A stretch of DNA of 26,973 nucleotides. Source: an uncultured Verrucomicrobiaceae bacterium (GTDB lineage Bacteria > Verrucomicrobiota > Verrucomicrobiia > Verrucomicrobiales > DEV007). Positions 9,660-18,088 of the stretch are shown one piece after another. The position numbers and the translations under genes were made by a program. Below the pieces are notes generated by a model. It saw only the letters and a program-made list of their open reading frames with translations. It did not search any database and was not told the DNA's origin. The stretch spans positions 1 to 26,973 of the forward strand of contig CAWVVE010000001.1 of assembly GCA_963933075.1 (NCBI GenBank), in the 5' to 3' direction. Numbering within the stretch: the first letter of the stretch is position 1; the number at the start of each line of letters is the position of its first letter.

Positions 9660-9730
9660 TTACTTTAATTATTGTGTGCCCCGCCATTCATTAACATAAT
9701 CCCATACAACTCCCAAATGCCAATCCCCAA

Positions 9731-11935
9731 ATGCGGCACCTTTCATTCCAGCATCTTCCCCTGATTTCCTTAATGCTCTTAGCTTTGCCGGCACTGCCAC
9801 CGGCCTTGCTTGCGGAAAACAAGCTCCAAGGCCAGCTTTCCGGCTATCTCCGGCAATATTCCGAGGATCAGATCAACTGGCGACCCTGGGAAAGTGCAAC
9901 ATTCACCGAGGCAACCGCACGTGACAAGATCATATTCGCCTCCATCGGTTATTCCGCCTGCCACTGGTGCTGGTTAATGCGGCAGGAAAATTTCAAGGAT
10001 CCCCTCATCATTGATCAACTGAACAGCGAATTTGTCTGTGCCAAGATTGATCGCCTTGAGAGGCCTGACCTAGACCTTGCCTTTAGGATCTACGCCCAAA
10101 CGACCGGGTTGCCTGCCAGTTGGCCGCTTCACATCTGGTTAACGCCCTCAGGAAACCCTATGGCCGCAGGCAGCTTCAGCTCGACCAAACCCGGCGTAGA
10201 ATCCACCCGTTTCAAGACCATCATCTCCAACATTTCCAAGCGTTGGCAAAGAGAACCTGATTACATAAACGATCAATCGGCCAGCAACCTCAAAGAAATC
10301 CGTGGAAGCATGAAGCGCAAGCCTGCCGCCGAGTTCCCGAGACCCACTCCGCGGGAAACCCGCTTGAAGTTCTTTTCCGAGGTGTCTGCAAGTTATGATC
10401 CCAAATATGGTGGATTTGATCGTCTCTTTAAGTTTCCCAGACCGGAAACGCTCGAGGCCATTGCACGGCTCGCTCACCGCGATGGGCAAAACGGCTACCA
10501 AGCCAGGCAATGCCGCAAGATGCTCACTGTCACTCTCGACGGAATGCTGGCAGGAGCAATCATTGACCCGATAAACGGCGGTATCTTCAGGTATGCCAAC
10601 GACAATGCCTGGCAATTACCGCAATTTGAGAAAATGTCTGCCGATCAGGCAAGAATGTGCAGCGCTTTCCTTAGTGCCTATCAAATAAGCGGCAATGATC
10701 GGTACGCTCAATCCGCAAGGGACATCCTGAAGTTCGTTAGGGAAAACCTGACCGCAGCCGAAGGCACCTTCTACACGAGCTTGGCCTCCCACCGCCCGAT
10801 AGATCAACCGGAATCTTCCCTGGGAAGCTATTATCTATGGCGCCAGGACGAACTGGAAAAAATCCTTGAGGGTAATGAAGTAGATGCCTTCTGCAAGGCC
10901 TTCGGTATTCGCGAAGGAGGCAATATCCGCTACCCGGGACGCTTGGGAAACATTGACCGTAAAGCCAATATCCCGTTCGCGGATCACCCGGATGCCCGTG
11001 CACCAAAACCCGGGAGCCCTCTCGAATCGGCAATCAGAAAAGTCATCGACAGCAATGCCAGGAGATCACCTCCGCCACTCAATGAAATGATTATTACCGG
11101 ATGGAATGGCCTGCTCATCAGCGCTTACTCTAAAGCCGGCGCAATCCTTGGAGAACCTTCATATATCGCGATCGCCCGTTCTGCCGCAAGACAAGTCATT
11201 GAAAAGCTATACAATATAGCTGAAAACAAGCTGGCTCGCGGCATTGTCGGCAATGAGGTATTCGGAAGCGGTTTCTGCGAAGACTATATTTATTTAGCTC
11301 GCGGGCTGCTCGACCTTTATCGGGCAACGGCAGACATCAGATTCTTTACGATGGCTCGAAGAATCCAATCCATCGCCGACACACAATTTCTCGACCCATA
11401 CTCCGGGCTATATCACCTGACGCCCTCATCAAAAATCGCAAAATCACCGTTTGAGCTTTGGAGCATCACCGATGGGGATCTTCCATCTATCAACGGTATC
11501 GCCGCCCTTAACCTGCTGGAAATAGCTGCCATTGAAGGATCCGGAACCGCCCGCCAAAATGCACAGAACGTGATCCGGGCCGCAACGCCTGAACTGACCC
11601 TCTCTCCATCCAGATGTGGAAGCCTCATCTTGGCTATTGATCAGGAATCACATCCCGCTATGCAGGCAATCATCTCTGGCATGCCGGAGGATCCCTTGAC
11701 CCAAAAACTTGCGGCCCATATCCGTCAAGGCGCGCAAGGGAACATCACCCTGATCTTTATGGATGGCCAAACAGGCCAAAAGACCCTTCTCGCAACACAC
11801 CCGAAACTCGCCACTTTCCGTGCTGTGGAAGGCAATTCCAAAGTTTTCCTGTGTAAAGAATACCAAACACAGAGCGTAGCGACCACTCCTGAAATGGCAG
11901 CACGACAAATACGCTCTTTCTTACGCAATAATTAA
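9731..11935 (+). CDS. YyaL/SPATA20-like (DUF255 thioredoxin-like plus alpha/alpha barrel) protein with signal peptide
   Basis: INWRPW, SIGYSACHWC, KIDRLERPDLD, GGFDRLFKFP, GGIFRY, PQFEKM, GWNGLLI, EDY, DLPSING; hydrophobic leader ending ALLA-EN. Confidence 0.9.
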   Translation: MRHLSFQHLPLISLMLLALPALPPALLAENKLQGQLSGYLRQYSEDQINWRPWESATFTEATARDKIIFASIGYSACHWCWLMRQENFKDPLIIDQLNSEFVCAKIDRLERPDLDLAFRIYAQTTGLPASWPLHIWLTPSGNPMAAGSFSSTKPGVESTRFKTIISNISKRWQREPDYINDQSASNLKEIRGSMKRKPAAEFPRPTPRETRLKFFSEVSASYDPKYGGFDRLFKFPRPETLEAIARLAHRDGQNGYQARQCRKMLTVTLDGMLAGAIIDPINGGIFRYANDNAWQLPQFEKMSADQARMCSAFLSAYQISGNDRYAQSARDILKFVRENLTAAEGTFYTSLASHRPIDQPESSLGSYYLWRQDELEKILEGNEVDAFCKAFGIREGGNIRYPGRLGNIDRKANIPFADHPDARAPKPGSPLESAIRKVIDSNARRSPPPLNEMIITGWNGLLISAYSKAGAILGEPSYIAIARSAARQVIEKLYNIAENKLARGIVGNEVFGSGFCEDYIYLARGLLDLYRATADIRFFTMARRIQSIADTQFLDPYSGLYHLTPSSKIAKSPFELWSITDGDLPSINGIAALNLLEIAAIEGSGTARQNAQNVIRAATPELTLSPSRCGSLILAIDQESHPAMQAIISGMPEDPLTQKLAAHIRQGAQGNITLIFMDGQTGQKTLLATHPKLATFRAVEGNSKVFLCKEYQTQSVATTPEMAARQIRSFLRNN

Positions 11936-12003
11936 AAGAATCCACAGACGCTTCCCCGTAACTTCCCCATTCTACAACAACCACGTAAAGAGTGGTGGAC
12001 AAC

Positions 12004-12028
12004 TTGACAGAAATTGCAAATATACCAT
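12004..12028 (+). promoter_or_regulatory. possible promoter for the PTPDL-like-hisB-hisH unit
   Basis: Perfect TTGACA (12004-12009) about 70 nt upstream of the ATG, but the best -10 (TACCAT, 12023-12028) has only a 13-nt spacer. Confidence 0.3.
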
Positions 12029-12080
12029 TCGCCCGGTTTCGAGTTCTGTAGAAGCCCATCACACAAATTCCCACCACCAC

Positions 12081-13460
12081 ATGATCGTCTGGAATCCCTT
12101 ATTTGCATCCTTGCTGCTGTTTCTTCTATCCATCGGCTCGCTCGCAGCTGACACGCTAAAGTTGAAGGATGGAACCATCCTTGAAGGAAAAATCATCAAG
12201 GAAACTCCAGAATCCATCCAGTTTGAATACAGCATCAGTAAGAGCATCAAAGATATAAAAACCATCAACCGGTCCGATATACAGGTAATCGACAAAGAGG
12301 AAGCTGATGAACTCGCTCTTGATGAGATCAAGCAACTCCTTCCCACCGCCAGTCTCCTTACGGCCGATGACTATGACGAGATACTGGCAGGGAAACCGGC
12401 TGCTTTCATGGCGGACTTTAAATCCAGCAAGCTGAAATCATCAGTGCAGGATATCATTGATCAATTGCTGGCCGAAAAAACCAAAGTTGAGGCCAACAGC
12501 ATCAAGGTGGACGGCAAGTGGATCCCCGCGAAAGAAGCCCAGATAGACCTCTACAACCACAACGCACTGATCCTGGCAACAAGGATGAAAGCCTCCATTG
12601 GCGATCGCAAATATTCGCTCGCATTAACCCAGTTTGAAAAACTTGAAAAGGACTTTGAGTTTTCAACCGCCTACACGGAATCCATCAACGCTGGCTTGGA
12701 GACGCTCCCAAAATACGAGGCAAGGTTAACACAGTATAAGCGCAATTATAAAAATCGAAATGACAAGCGTGAAAAAGACCTGAAATCCATGGAAAAACCT
12801 GACCGTGACTTGGCCGTAAAGGATTTTCAAAGAAAACAAAAACGCTTTGAGGAACTCAGGCAGGAAGCGAAGGAGAGCAAAGAGCGATGGACCCCGGTCA
12901 GCGAGTGGAATTTACCCAGTATTGCCGAAAACCTTGATGTGATCGCCAAAGAAACCGCACGCCTCAGTAAACTTGACCTCGGCAAGACCCGTATAGCCGC
13001 AGCAATGCTTGCGGAAGCTTTTCATGACCTCGCCGATAACAAACTGACCTCAGCGCAATCCAAGCTGGACAACGCGAAAACAAACGGAGCCAGTGGTGAC
13101 GTCACTAATGATCTTGCAGGAAAAATAGATGCGGGAAAAAAGGCTGCCAGGGCAGCTGCGGCCGCGGCCGCGGTGAAGGCTGAGAATGAAGCCAAAACTA
13201 CTGAGGACAATGATCCAGAACCCGGGAAAAACAGCAAGAAACCTTCTAATTCCAAAAAACCAAAGCCAGTCGCTGACGGCGACAAACCTGATGTAAATCC
13301 TGATCCAGCTCAAAGCGAGGACGAGGACGAGATCCAGGAAGAATCCGGAGGCATTAGCGTTCAATTAATGATTTCTCTCCTTGCCGGGGTCTTGATTGTT
13401 GTGACCATCATCGCAAAAATCTTCGTGAAATCGCCCGAGAAAGAAACCCCGGAATTGTAA
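12081..13460 (+). CDS. exported, C-terminally membrane-anchored protein resembling the Verrucomicrobial PTPDL family
   Basis: Signal peptide (SLAA-DT), DTLKLKDGTILEGKII...SKSIKD, LLPTASLLTADDY at the position I recall for PTPDL, helical core, Ala/Lys/Pro/Asp/Glu linker, TM helix plus basic tail. Family name is from recall only. Confidence 0.65.
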   Translation: MIVWNPLFASLLLFLLSIGSLAADTLKLKDGTILEGKIIKETPESIQFEYSISKSIKDIKTINRSDIQVIDKEEADELALDEIKQLLPTASLLTADDYDEILAGKPAAFMADFKSSKLKSSVQDIIDQLLAEKTKVEANSIKVDGKWIPAKEAQIDLYNHNALILATRMKASIGDRKYSLALTQFEKLEKDFEFSTAYTESINAGLETLPKYEARLTQYKRNYKNRNDKREKDLKSMEKPDRDLAVKDFQRKQKRFEELRQEAKESKERWTPVSEWNLPSIAENLDVIAKETARLSKLDLGKTRIAAAMLAEAFHDLADNKLTSAQSKLDNAKTNGASGDVTNDLAGKIDAGKKAARAAAAAAAVKAENEAKTTEDNDPEPGKNSKKPSNSKKPKPVADGDKPDVNPDPAQSEDEDEIQEESGGISVQLMISLLAGVLIVVTIIAKIFVKSPEKETPEL

Positions 13461-13476
13461 CCCAGGATCTTGAACC

Positions 13477-14070
13477 ATGCCGGAACCGAGGAAATCATCT
13501 CAAAATCGAGAGACCGCCGAGACCAGAATCTCCGCGGAACTCATTGTCGACGGTTCTGGTGAATCCAGTATCGACACCGGCATCCCTTTTCTGGACCACA
13601 TGCTGACCCTCTTCGCAAGGCATAGCCTCTGCGACCTGAAGATCAGTGCCAAGGGTGATATAGAAGTGGATTATCACCACACCGTAGAGGATGTGGGAAT
13701 CGTTCTTGGCTCGTGCTTCAAAGAGGCCCTTGGCGACAAGCATGGAATATCCCGTTACGGCTGGGCATTACTCCCGATGGATGAAACACTGAGCCGTGTC
13801 GCGATAGATTTTGGCGGGCGTCCGTTTATTGCGTTCAGGGCTCCCGATAAGGTGGACAGCATTCGTGAATTCTCCTTTGGACTCGTCGAGGAGTTCCTGC
13901 GCGCCTTTGCAAACAATGCCGCAGCCAACGTGCACATAGAGGTAATTTACGGCCGGGATGCCCATCACATGGCTGAATCAATCTTCAAAGGGCTGGCGAA
14001 AGCAATTGACATGGCCGCCCGTCTGGATCCCCGGGTAACCGGTATTCCCAGCACAAAAAAAACCCTGTAG
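13477..14070 (+). CDS. hisB: imidazoleglycerol-phosphate dehydratase
   Basis: TGIPFLDHML, DYHHTVEDVGI, PMDETL, HHMAESIFKGLA, IPSTK; AGGA upstream. Confidence 0.98.
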   Translation: MPEPRKSSQNRETAETRISAELIVDGSGESSIDTGIPFLDHMLTLFARHSLCDLKISAKGDIEVDYHHTVEDVGIVLGSCFKEALGDKHGISRYGWALLPMDETLSRVAIDFGGRPFIAFRAPDKVDSIREFSFGLVEEFLRAFANNAAANVHIEVIYGRDAHHMAESIFKGLAKAIDMAARLDPRVTGIPSTKKTL

Positions 14071-14122
14071 TCGCTTGATTGGCAGGGAGAGTCCCCCCTA
14101 CCAGAAATCATCTGCGACCGGC

Positions 14123-14743
14123 ATGAACATGACTGGCATCATTGACTACGGGGCTGGAAACATCAAAAGCCTCTGTAATACCCTGGATGCAATCGGGAGC
14201 GCGCGTAAACTAATCCGGCATCCTGGTGACCTTGATGGAATTAAAGCCATTATATTCCCGGGTGTCGGTGCCTTTGGCGACTGTGCAAGACATCTGGAAA
14301 ACCAGGGACTTATCCAGCCCCTCAAGGAATGGATCCTGCAGGATCGTCCATTCCTCGGCATATGCATTGGCTTTCAGATGCTCTTTGAAGGCAGCGACGA
14401 AAGCCCCGGAAGTTCTGGACTGGGCATTTTATCAGGGCAGGTCGTGGGCTTCCCTGACATTCAGGGAATGAAAGTCCCCCATATGGGATGGAACCACCTT
14501 GACTTGAAGAATGCGGGAGACCGCGCTTGGGATGGCCTGGGCAGTTCGCCTTACTTTTACTTCGTTCACTCATTTTTTCCGCAACCCCTGGACAAATCCA
14601 TCATTGCCTCCACCACTCCCTACGGACATCCATTTGTCTCAAGCGTGCGGCGTGGACGGCTCCTTGCCACACAATTTCACCCTGAAAAAAGCCAAAGTGC
14701 GGGATCACGGTTAATCCAGAATTTCCTTGGTGAGGCGAACTGA
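14123..14743 (+). CDS. hisH: imidazole glycerol phosphate synthase glutamine amidotransferase subunit
   Basis: IIDYGAGN, PGVGAF, GICIG nucleophile, PHMGWN, YFVHS, QFHPEKS. Start is ATG 14123 or 14129. Confidence 0.98.
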   Translation: MNMTGIIDYGAGNIKSLCNTLDAIGSARKLIRHPGDLDGIKAIIFPGVGAFGDCARHLENQGLIQPLKEWILQDRPFLGICIGFQMLFEGSDESPGSSGLGILSGQVVGFPDIQGMKVPHMGWNHLDLKNAGDRAWDGLGSSPYFYFVHSFFPQPLDKSIIASTTPYGHPFVSSVRRGRLLATQFHPEKSQSAGSRLIQNFLGEAN

Positions 14744-14793
14744 CCGGAAAGGCCACCGCATCACCCCAAGGGCAATGGCCCTGGAAAATAATG

Positions 14794-15891
14794 TTACTGA
14801 CTGACGCGCATCGGCATCAGCACATAAAGGAAAGAACCCTCTGTCTTGATTACCCCGGGACTCATCTCGTCAATCAGATCAAGGAAAATCTCATCAGTGT
14901 CTAGGTTCCTTAATGGCGCCATGAGGAAATCAGGGTTAAACGCAATTGAGAACTCTGCACCTTTATAGGACACATCGATTGTCTCGGCGGCCTCTCCTAC
15001 ATCAGGGGAATTTGCAGTTACCTCAATCTTGTTTGCCCCGAAAACACACTTGACCGAGTTTGATTTCTCGTTGGCAAGCAGCGAAATACGATTCACCGTG
15101 CTCAGGAATGTTTCGCGCTCAAGGGTAATGCGCTCCTTGGTCTCTTCTGGAATCACCTGACGATAATTCGGATAATTACCCTCAATCAATTTACTGACAA
15201 GAAGGTTGTCGTTTAGCTCAAATGCAATTTGCGATTCACTGATGGATATCTTCACATCACCTTTATCCATTAACAGGCGCTGCAACTCATTAACCGCCTT
15301 GGTCGGCACAATGACCTCGGTTTCACGACTCTCGGGAAACTCAATATCGTTCTCCACCATGGCAAGCCTGCGCCCATCTGTCGCCACAAGAGTTAAGGCT
15401 CCCCCCTTGAATGAACAAAAAATACCATTGAGCACGTAACGGGTCTCATCGGTCGAAATCGCATAGGAAGTCATCCTCAGCCCATCTTTCAGAACAGCCT
15501 GGCTGATCTTGTATTCATTGGCATCCTCAAAGGTCGCCAATGGCGGGAACTCATCCTTTGCCAAGCCAAGTATTTTGAAAAAACTTGGCCCGCTTCGAAT
15601 CGAAGCCGCATTCTTTGAGTCCACTTCCACGCTCACTTCATTAGCGGGCAATTCCCTCACAATACCCGCCAATCTCCTGGCTGGAAGAGTCGTTGCTCCC
15701 GATTGCTTAACCTTGGCCTTCACCGAGCCCGTTACCCCGACATCGAGATCTGTGGTAGTCATACGCAACGAACCTCCATCAGCCTCAATCAAGACATTTG
15801 AAAGGATCGGCAAAGTTGTCCGGCTGCTCACAACGTGTTGCACCTGTTGCAATCCCTCGAGAAAATCCTCCTTTGTGATAGTAAATTTCAT
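14794..15891 (-). CDS. dnaN: DNA polymerase III beta sliding clamp
   Basis: TTLPILSNVL, DETRYVLNG, VATDGRRLA, SKLIEGNYPNY, YVLMPMR; downstream of dnaA. Start taken at MKFTIT (15891). Confidence 0.99.
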   Translation of the reverse strand: MKFTITKEDFLEGLQQVQHVVSSRTTLPILSNVLIEADGGSLRMTTTDLDVGVTGSVKAKVKQSGATTLPARRLAGIVRELPANEVSVEVDSKNAASIRSGPSFFKILGLAKDEFPPLATFEDANEYKISQAVLKDGLRMTSYAISTDETRYVLNGIFCSFKGGALTLVATDGRRLAMVENDIEFPESRETEVIVPTKAVNELQRLLMDKGDVKISISESQIAFELNDNLLVSKLIEGNYPNYRQVIPEETKERITLERETFLSTVNRISLLANEKSNSVKCVFGANKIEVTANSPDVGEAAETIDVSYKGAEFSIAFNPDFLMAPLRNLDTDEIFLDLIDEMSPGVIKTEGSFLYVLMPMRVSQ

Positions 15892-16104
15892 GCTGACTAG
15901 AAACTCTTTTGTCCTAATGTCGTACAATCATCCATGCAGACCATTAAGGAAACCAAAATAATTGTGCGATATTGCACTGGAAAATCGGGGGTGTCTAATA
16001 CAAACTGGACCTCATCACCCCGAAATTGGATATCGAGAGCAAATTAACCCGATTTCCCTCTGGATTAAGGGCAATCATGAAGCAATGGGAATGGTCTGGG
16101 TCCC

Positions 16105-17511
16105 TCAAAGGGTAGAAAGCCGACCCCCCAAGATACTTATTTTCTGACGAACTTCCTTGGACTCCTCAAGGCGCCTCTCCACCTTGCGCACCGCATGGAT
16201 GATCGTTCCGTGATCACGGCCAAAAGCCCTGCCAATTTCAACAAGGGAATGATCTGTCATGGTTCGTGATAAATACATGGCAACCTGACGGGCAAAGGCG
16301 ATATCCGCCTTTCGACCACGGGCTGTCATATCGGCCATGCGCACATCAAAATGCAGCGCAACCTCCTTCTGGATCGCTTGAATCGTAATTCTCCGTCGCC
16401 CCTCCTCGCGCAGAATATCCTTTAGCAATCCCTCAATAACCTCATCGGTGAGAGCCTTCCCGCTCAATGATGAATAACTCGCCAGCCGCATCATGGCCCC
16501 TTCCAGTCGGCGAACACTCTTGCGGATGCGATCAGCAAGGAACTCAACGATGCGATCCTCAAGAGTTACATCCCACATGGCCATCTTTTTGCGCAAGATT
16601 GCCAAGCGGGTCTCAACATCCGGCAACTGTAAACCGGCCGTCAAACCCCACTCACAGCGCGAAACAATCCTCTCCTCAAGGTCCGAAATCTCATTGGCAG
16701 CCCGATCACTTGTCAACACGATCTGGCGTTGCCCGTCACAGATCATGTTGAATGTATGAAAAAACTCTTCCTGGGATTTTTCCTTGCCGGCAAGGAAATG
16801 GATATCGTCGACGAGCAACATGTCAGCCTTCCGGTACTTGTTCCTGAACTTCGAAAGGGTATTGTTCTGCAGAGACTCAATGAATTCATTGGTAAACTGC
16901 TCACAGGTCATATAAACAACCTTCGCCTTCCCATTCTCAAGCAAATACTGGTGACCAATGGCATGCAACAGGTGTGTTTTCCCCAGCCCGGGACAACCCC
17001 ATATGAACAGGGGATTATAGCCATCCGATCGGCCGTGGGCCACGGCGCGAGCAGCCGCTGCGGCATACTCATTATTAGAACCAATGACGAAAGTATCGAA
17101 CCTGTGGTTGCAATTGAGTCCCGCGCGCTTAATGGCCTTATCAACACCGGCAACCGGATGAGGAGTCGCCACCTTTGAGTGCGCAGGCTGCTTTTGTTGT
17201 CGTGCGGCAACCTTCACCTCAGCACCTTCGGGAACATCGGGACAGTTCTCGTTGTTGGTCTCCTTGTTGATTGAGCTAACCGGTTGCCATTCCACCTTTC
17301 GCACCTCGCCAAGAACTCCAATCACGGCGTGATTAAGAATGGCAATGTAGTTTGAATCGATCCAAAGCCCATATATGTGGTTTGGCACACGAACCAGTAA
17401 GCGGGACTCGTCTGCCTCAATGAGTTGAGTTGAGGAGAACCAGCGCCGGAATGTATCCGCACTGACCTGCTCCTTGACCTTGGAGCAGATTTCCTTCCAG
17501 ATGGTATTCAT
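16105..17511 (-). CDS. dnaA: chromosomal replication initiator DnaA
   Basis: FDTFVIG, NPLFIWGCPGLGKTHLL, LLVDDIHFL, QEEFFHTFN, RRLEG, domain IV RQVAMYL...RDHGTIIHA. Start taken at MNTIW (17511). Confidence 0.99.
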   Translation of the reverse strand: MNTIWKEICSKVKEQVSADTFRRWFSSTQLIEADESRLLVRVPNHIYGLWIDSNYIAILNHAVIGVLGEVRKVEWQPVSSINKETNNENCPDVPEGAEVKVAARQQKQPAHSKVATPHPVAGVDKAIKRAGLNCNHRFDTFVIGSNNEYAAAAARAVAHGRSDGYNPLFIWGCPGLGKTHLLHAIGHQYLLENGKAKVVYMTCEQFTNEFIESLQNNTLSKFRNKYRKADMLLVDDIHFLAGKEKSQEEFFHTFNMICDGQRQIVLTSDRAANEISDLEERIVSRCEWGLTAGLQLPDVETRLAILRKKMAMWDVTLEDRIVEFLADRIRKSVRRLEGAMMRLASYSSLSGKALTDEVIEGLLKDILREEGRRRITIQAIQKEVALHFDVRMADMTARGRKADIAFARQVAMYLSRTMTDHSLVEIGRAFGRDHGTIIHAVRKVERRLEESKEVRQKISILGGRLSTL

Positions 17512-17588
17512 ACAATCGCCCATCAACTAACGGTGGGCGAAAGGGGACAGGTTGGAAGCGACTGCCTCTCTAAGAGAGCGATTGCGAT

Positions 17589-17597
17589 TGCGGATAA
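17589..17597 (-). promoter_or_regulatory. DnaA box (1 mismatch)
   Basis: TTATCCGCA on the - strand, about 80 nt upstream of the dnaA start. Confidence 0.5.
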
Positions 17598-17838
17598 AAA
17601 TCTTCATTTATTTGGTTTATCTATTCTCTCGGGCCCCGGCCTTTTTGCGTGCATCGGGAACCGTAATTCTCTTAATCGAGAACCTCCCACCCCCTTGGTG
17701 CTGAAGATCTCACATCGTGTGGTGCCAGTGATCATCATCGCCATAATCCCCCCTGATACTGTCCTGAGGCTTGCAACCGGACAGCTCACGGAAAAAACGA
17801 GATTTTCACCAGCCGTCGATGATAGATGAAATCAGAGA

Positions 17839-17847
17839 TTTTCCACA
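17839..17847 (+). promoter_or_regulatory. DnaA box
   Basis: TTTTCCACA matches TTWTNCACA exactly. Confidence 0.6.
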
Positions 17848-18088
17848 AGGATTTTCCTTCCAAAAAACAAAAAAATAACGTGGGATTTAAATTCGGGAAT
17901 GTTTCCGCCGGTACCACAAAACTCCCAATCACCATAAATAAACTGACCCGGCTTCCCTCATCAACCTCGGTCAAAAGATCTCACCGGGCCGACACTTATT
18001 AAAACAGCAAAAAATGACATTTCCCCTACCTGAAATACTAACCGAAACATATCTGTCTTGCCCCCGCTGTATCAAGGCTTTGAATCGG

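Larger units (their letters stand above)
17512..18088. other. candidate replication origin / dnaA regulatory region
   Basis: 577-bp intergenic region upstream of dnaA with two DnaA-box matches and A-rich tracts (17861-17893, about 17990-18020). Box density is low. Confidence 0.45.

Noticed and set aside
14750-14790. GGCCA...TGGCC hairpin between convergent hisH and dnaN
   Set aside because: Interrupted stem with no convincing U-tract.
15892-16104. dnaA-dnaN gap as origin
   Set aside because: No DnaA box within one mismatch was seen; only a weak GTGC-N6-GCAC dyad.
17533-17974. Short ORFs upstream of dnaA (98, 61 and 62 aa)
   Set aside because: No recognisable motifs or RBS, mutually overlapping, and located in a regulatory region; no riboswitch or DnaA-trio run recognised either.
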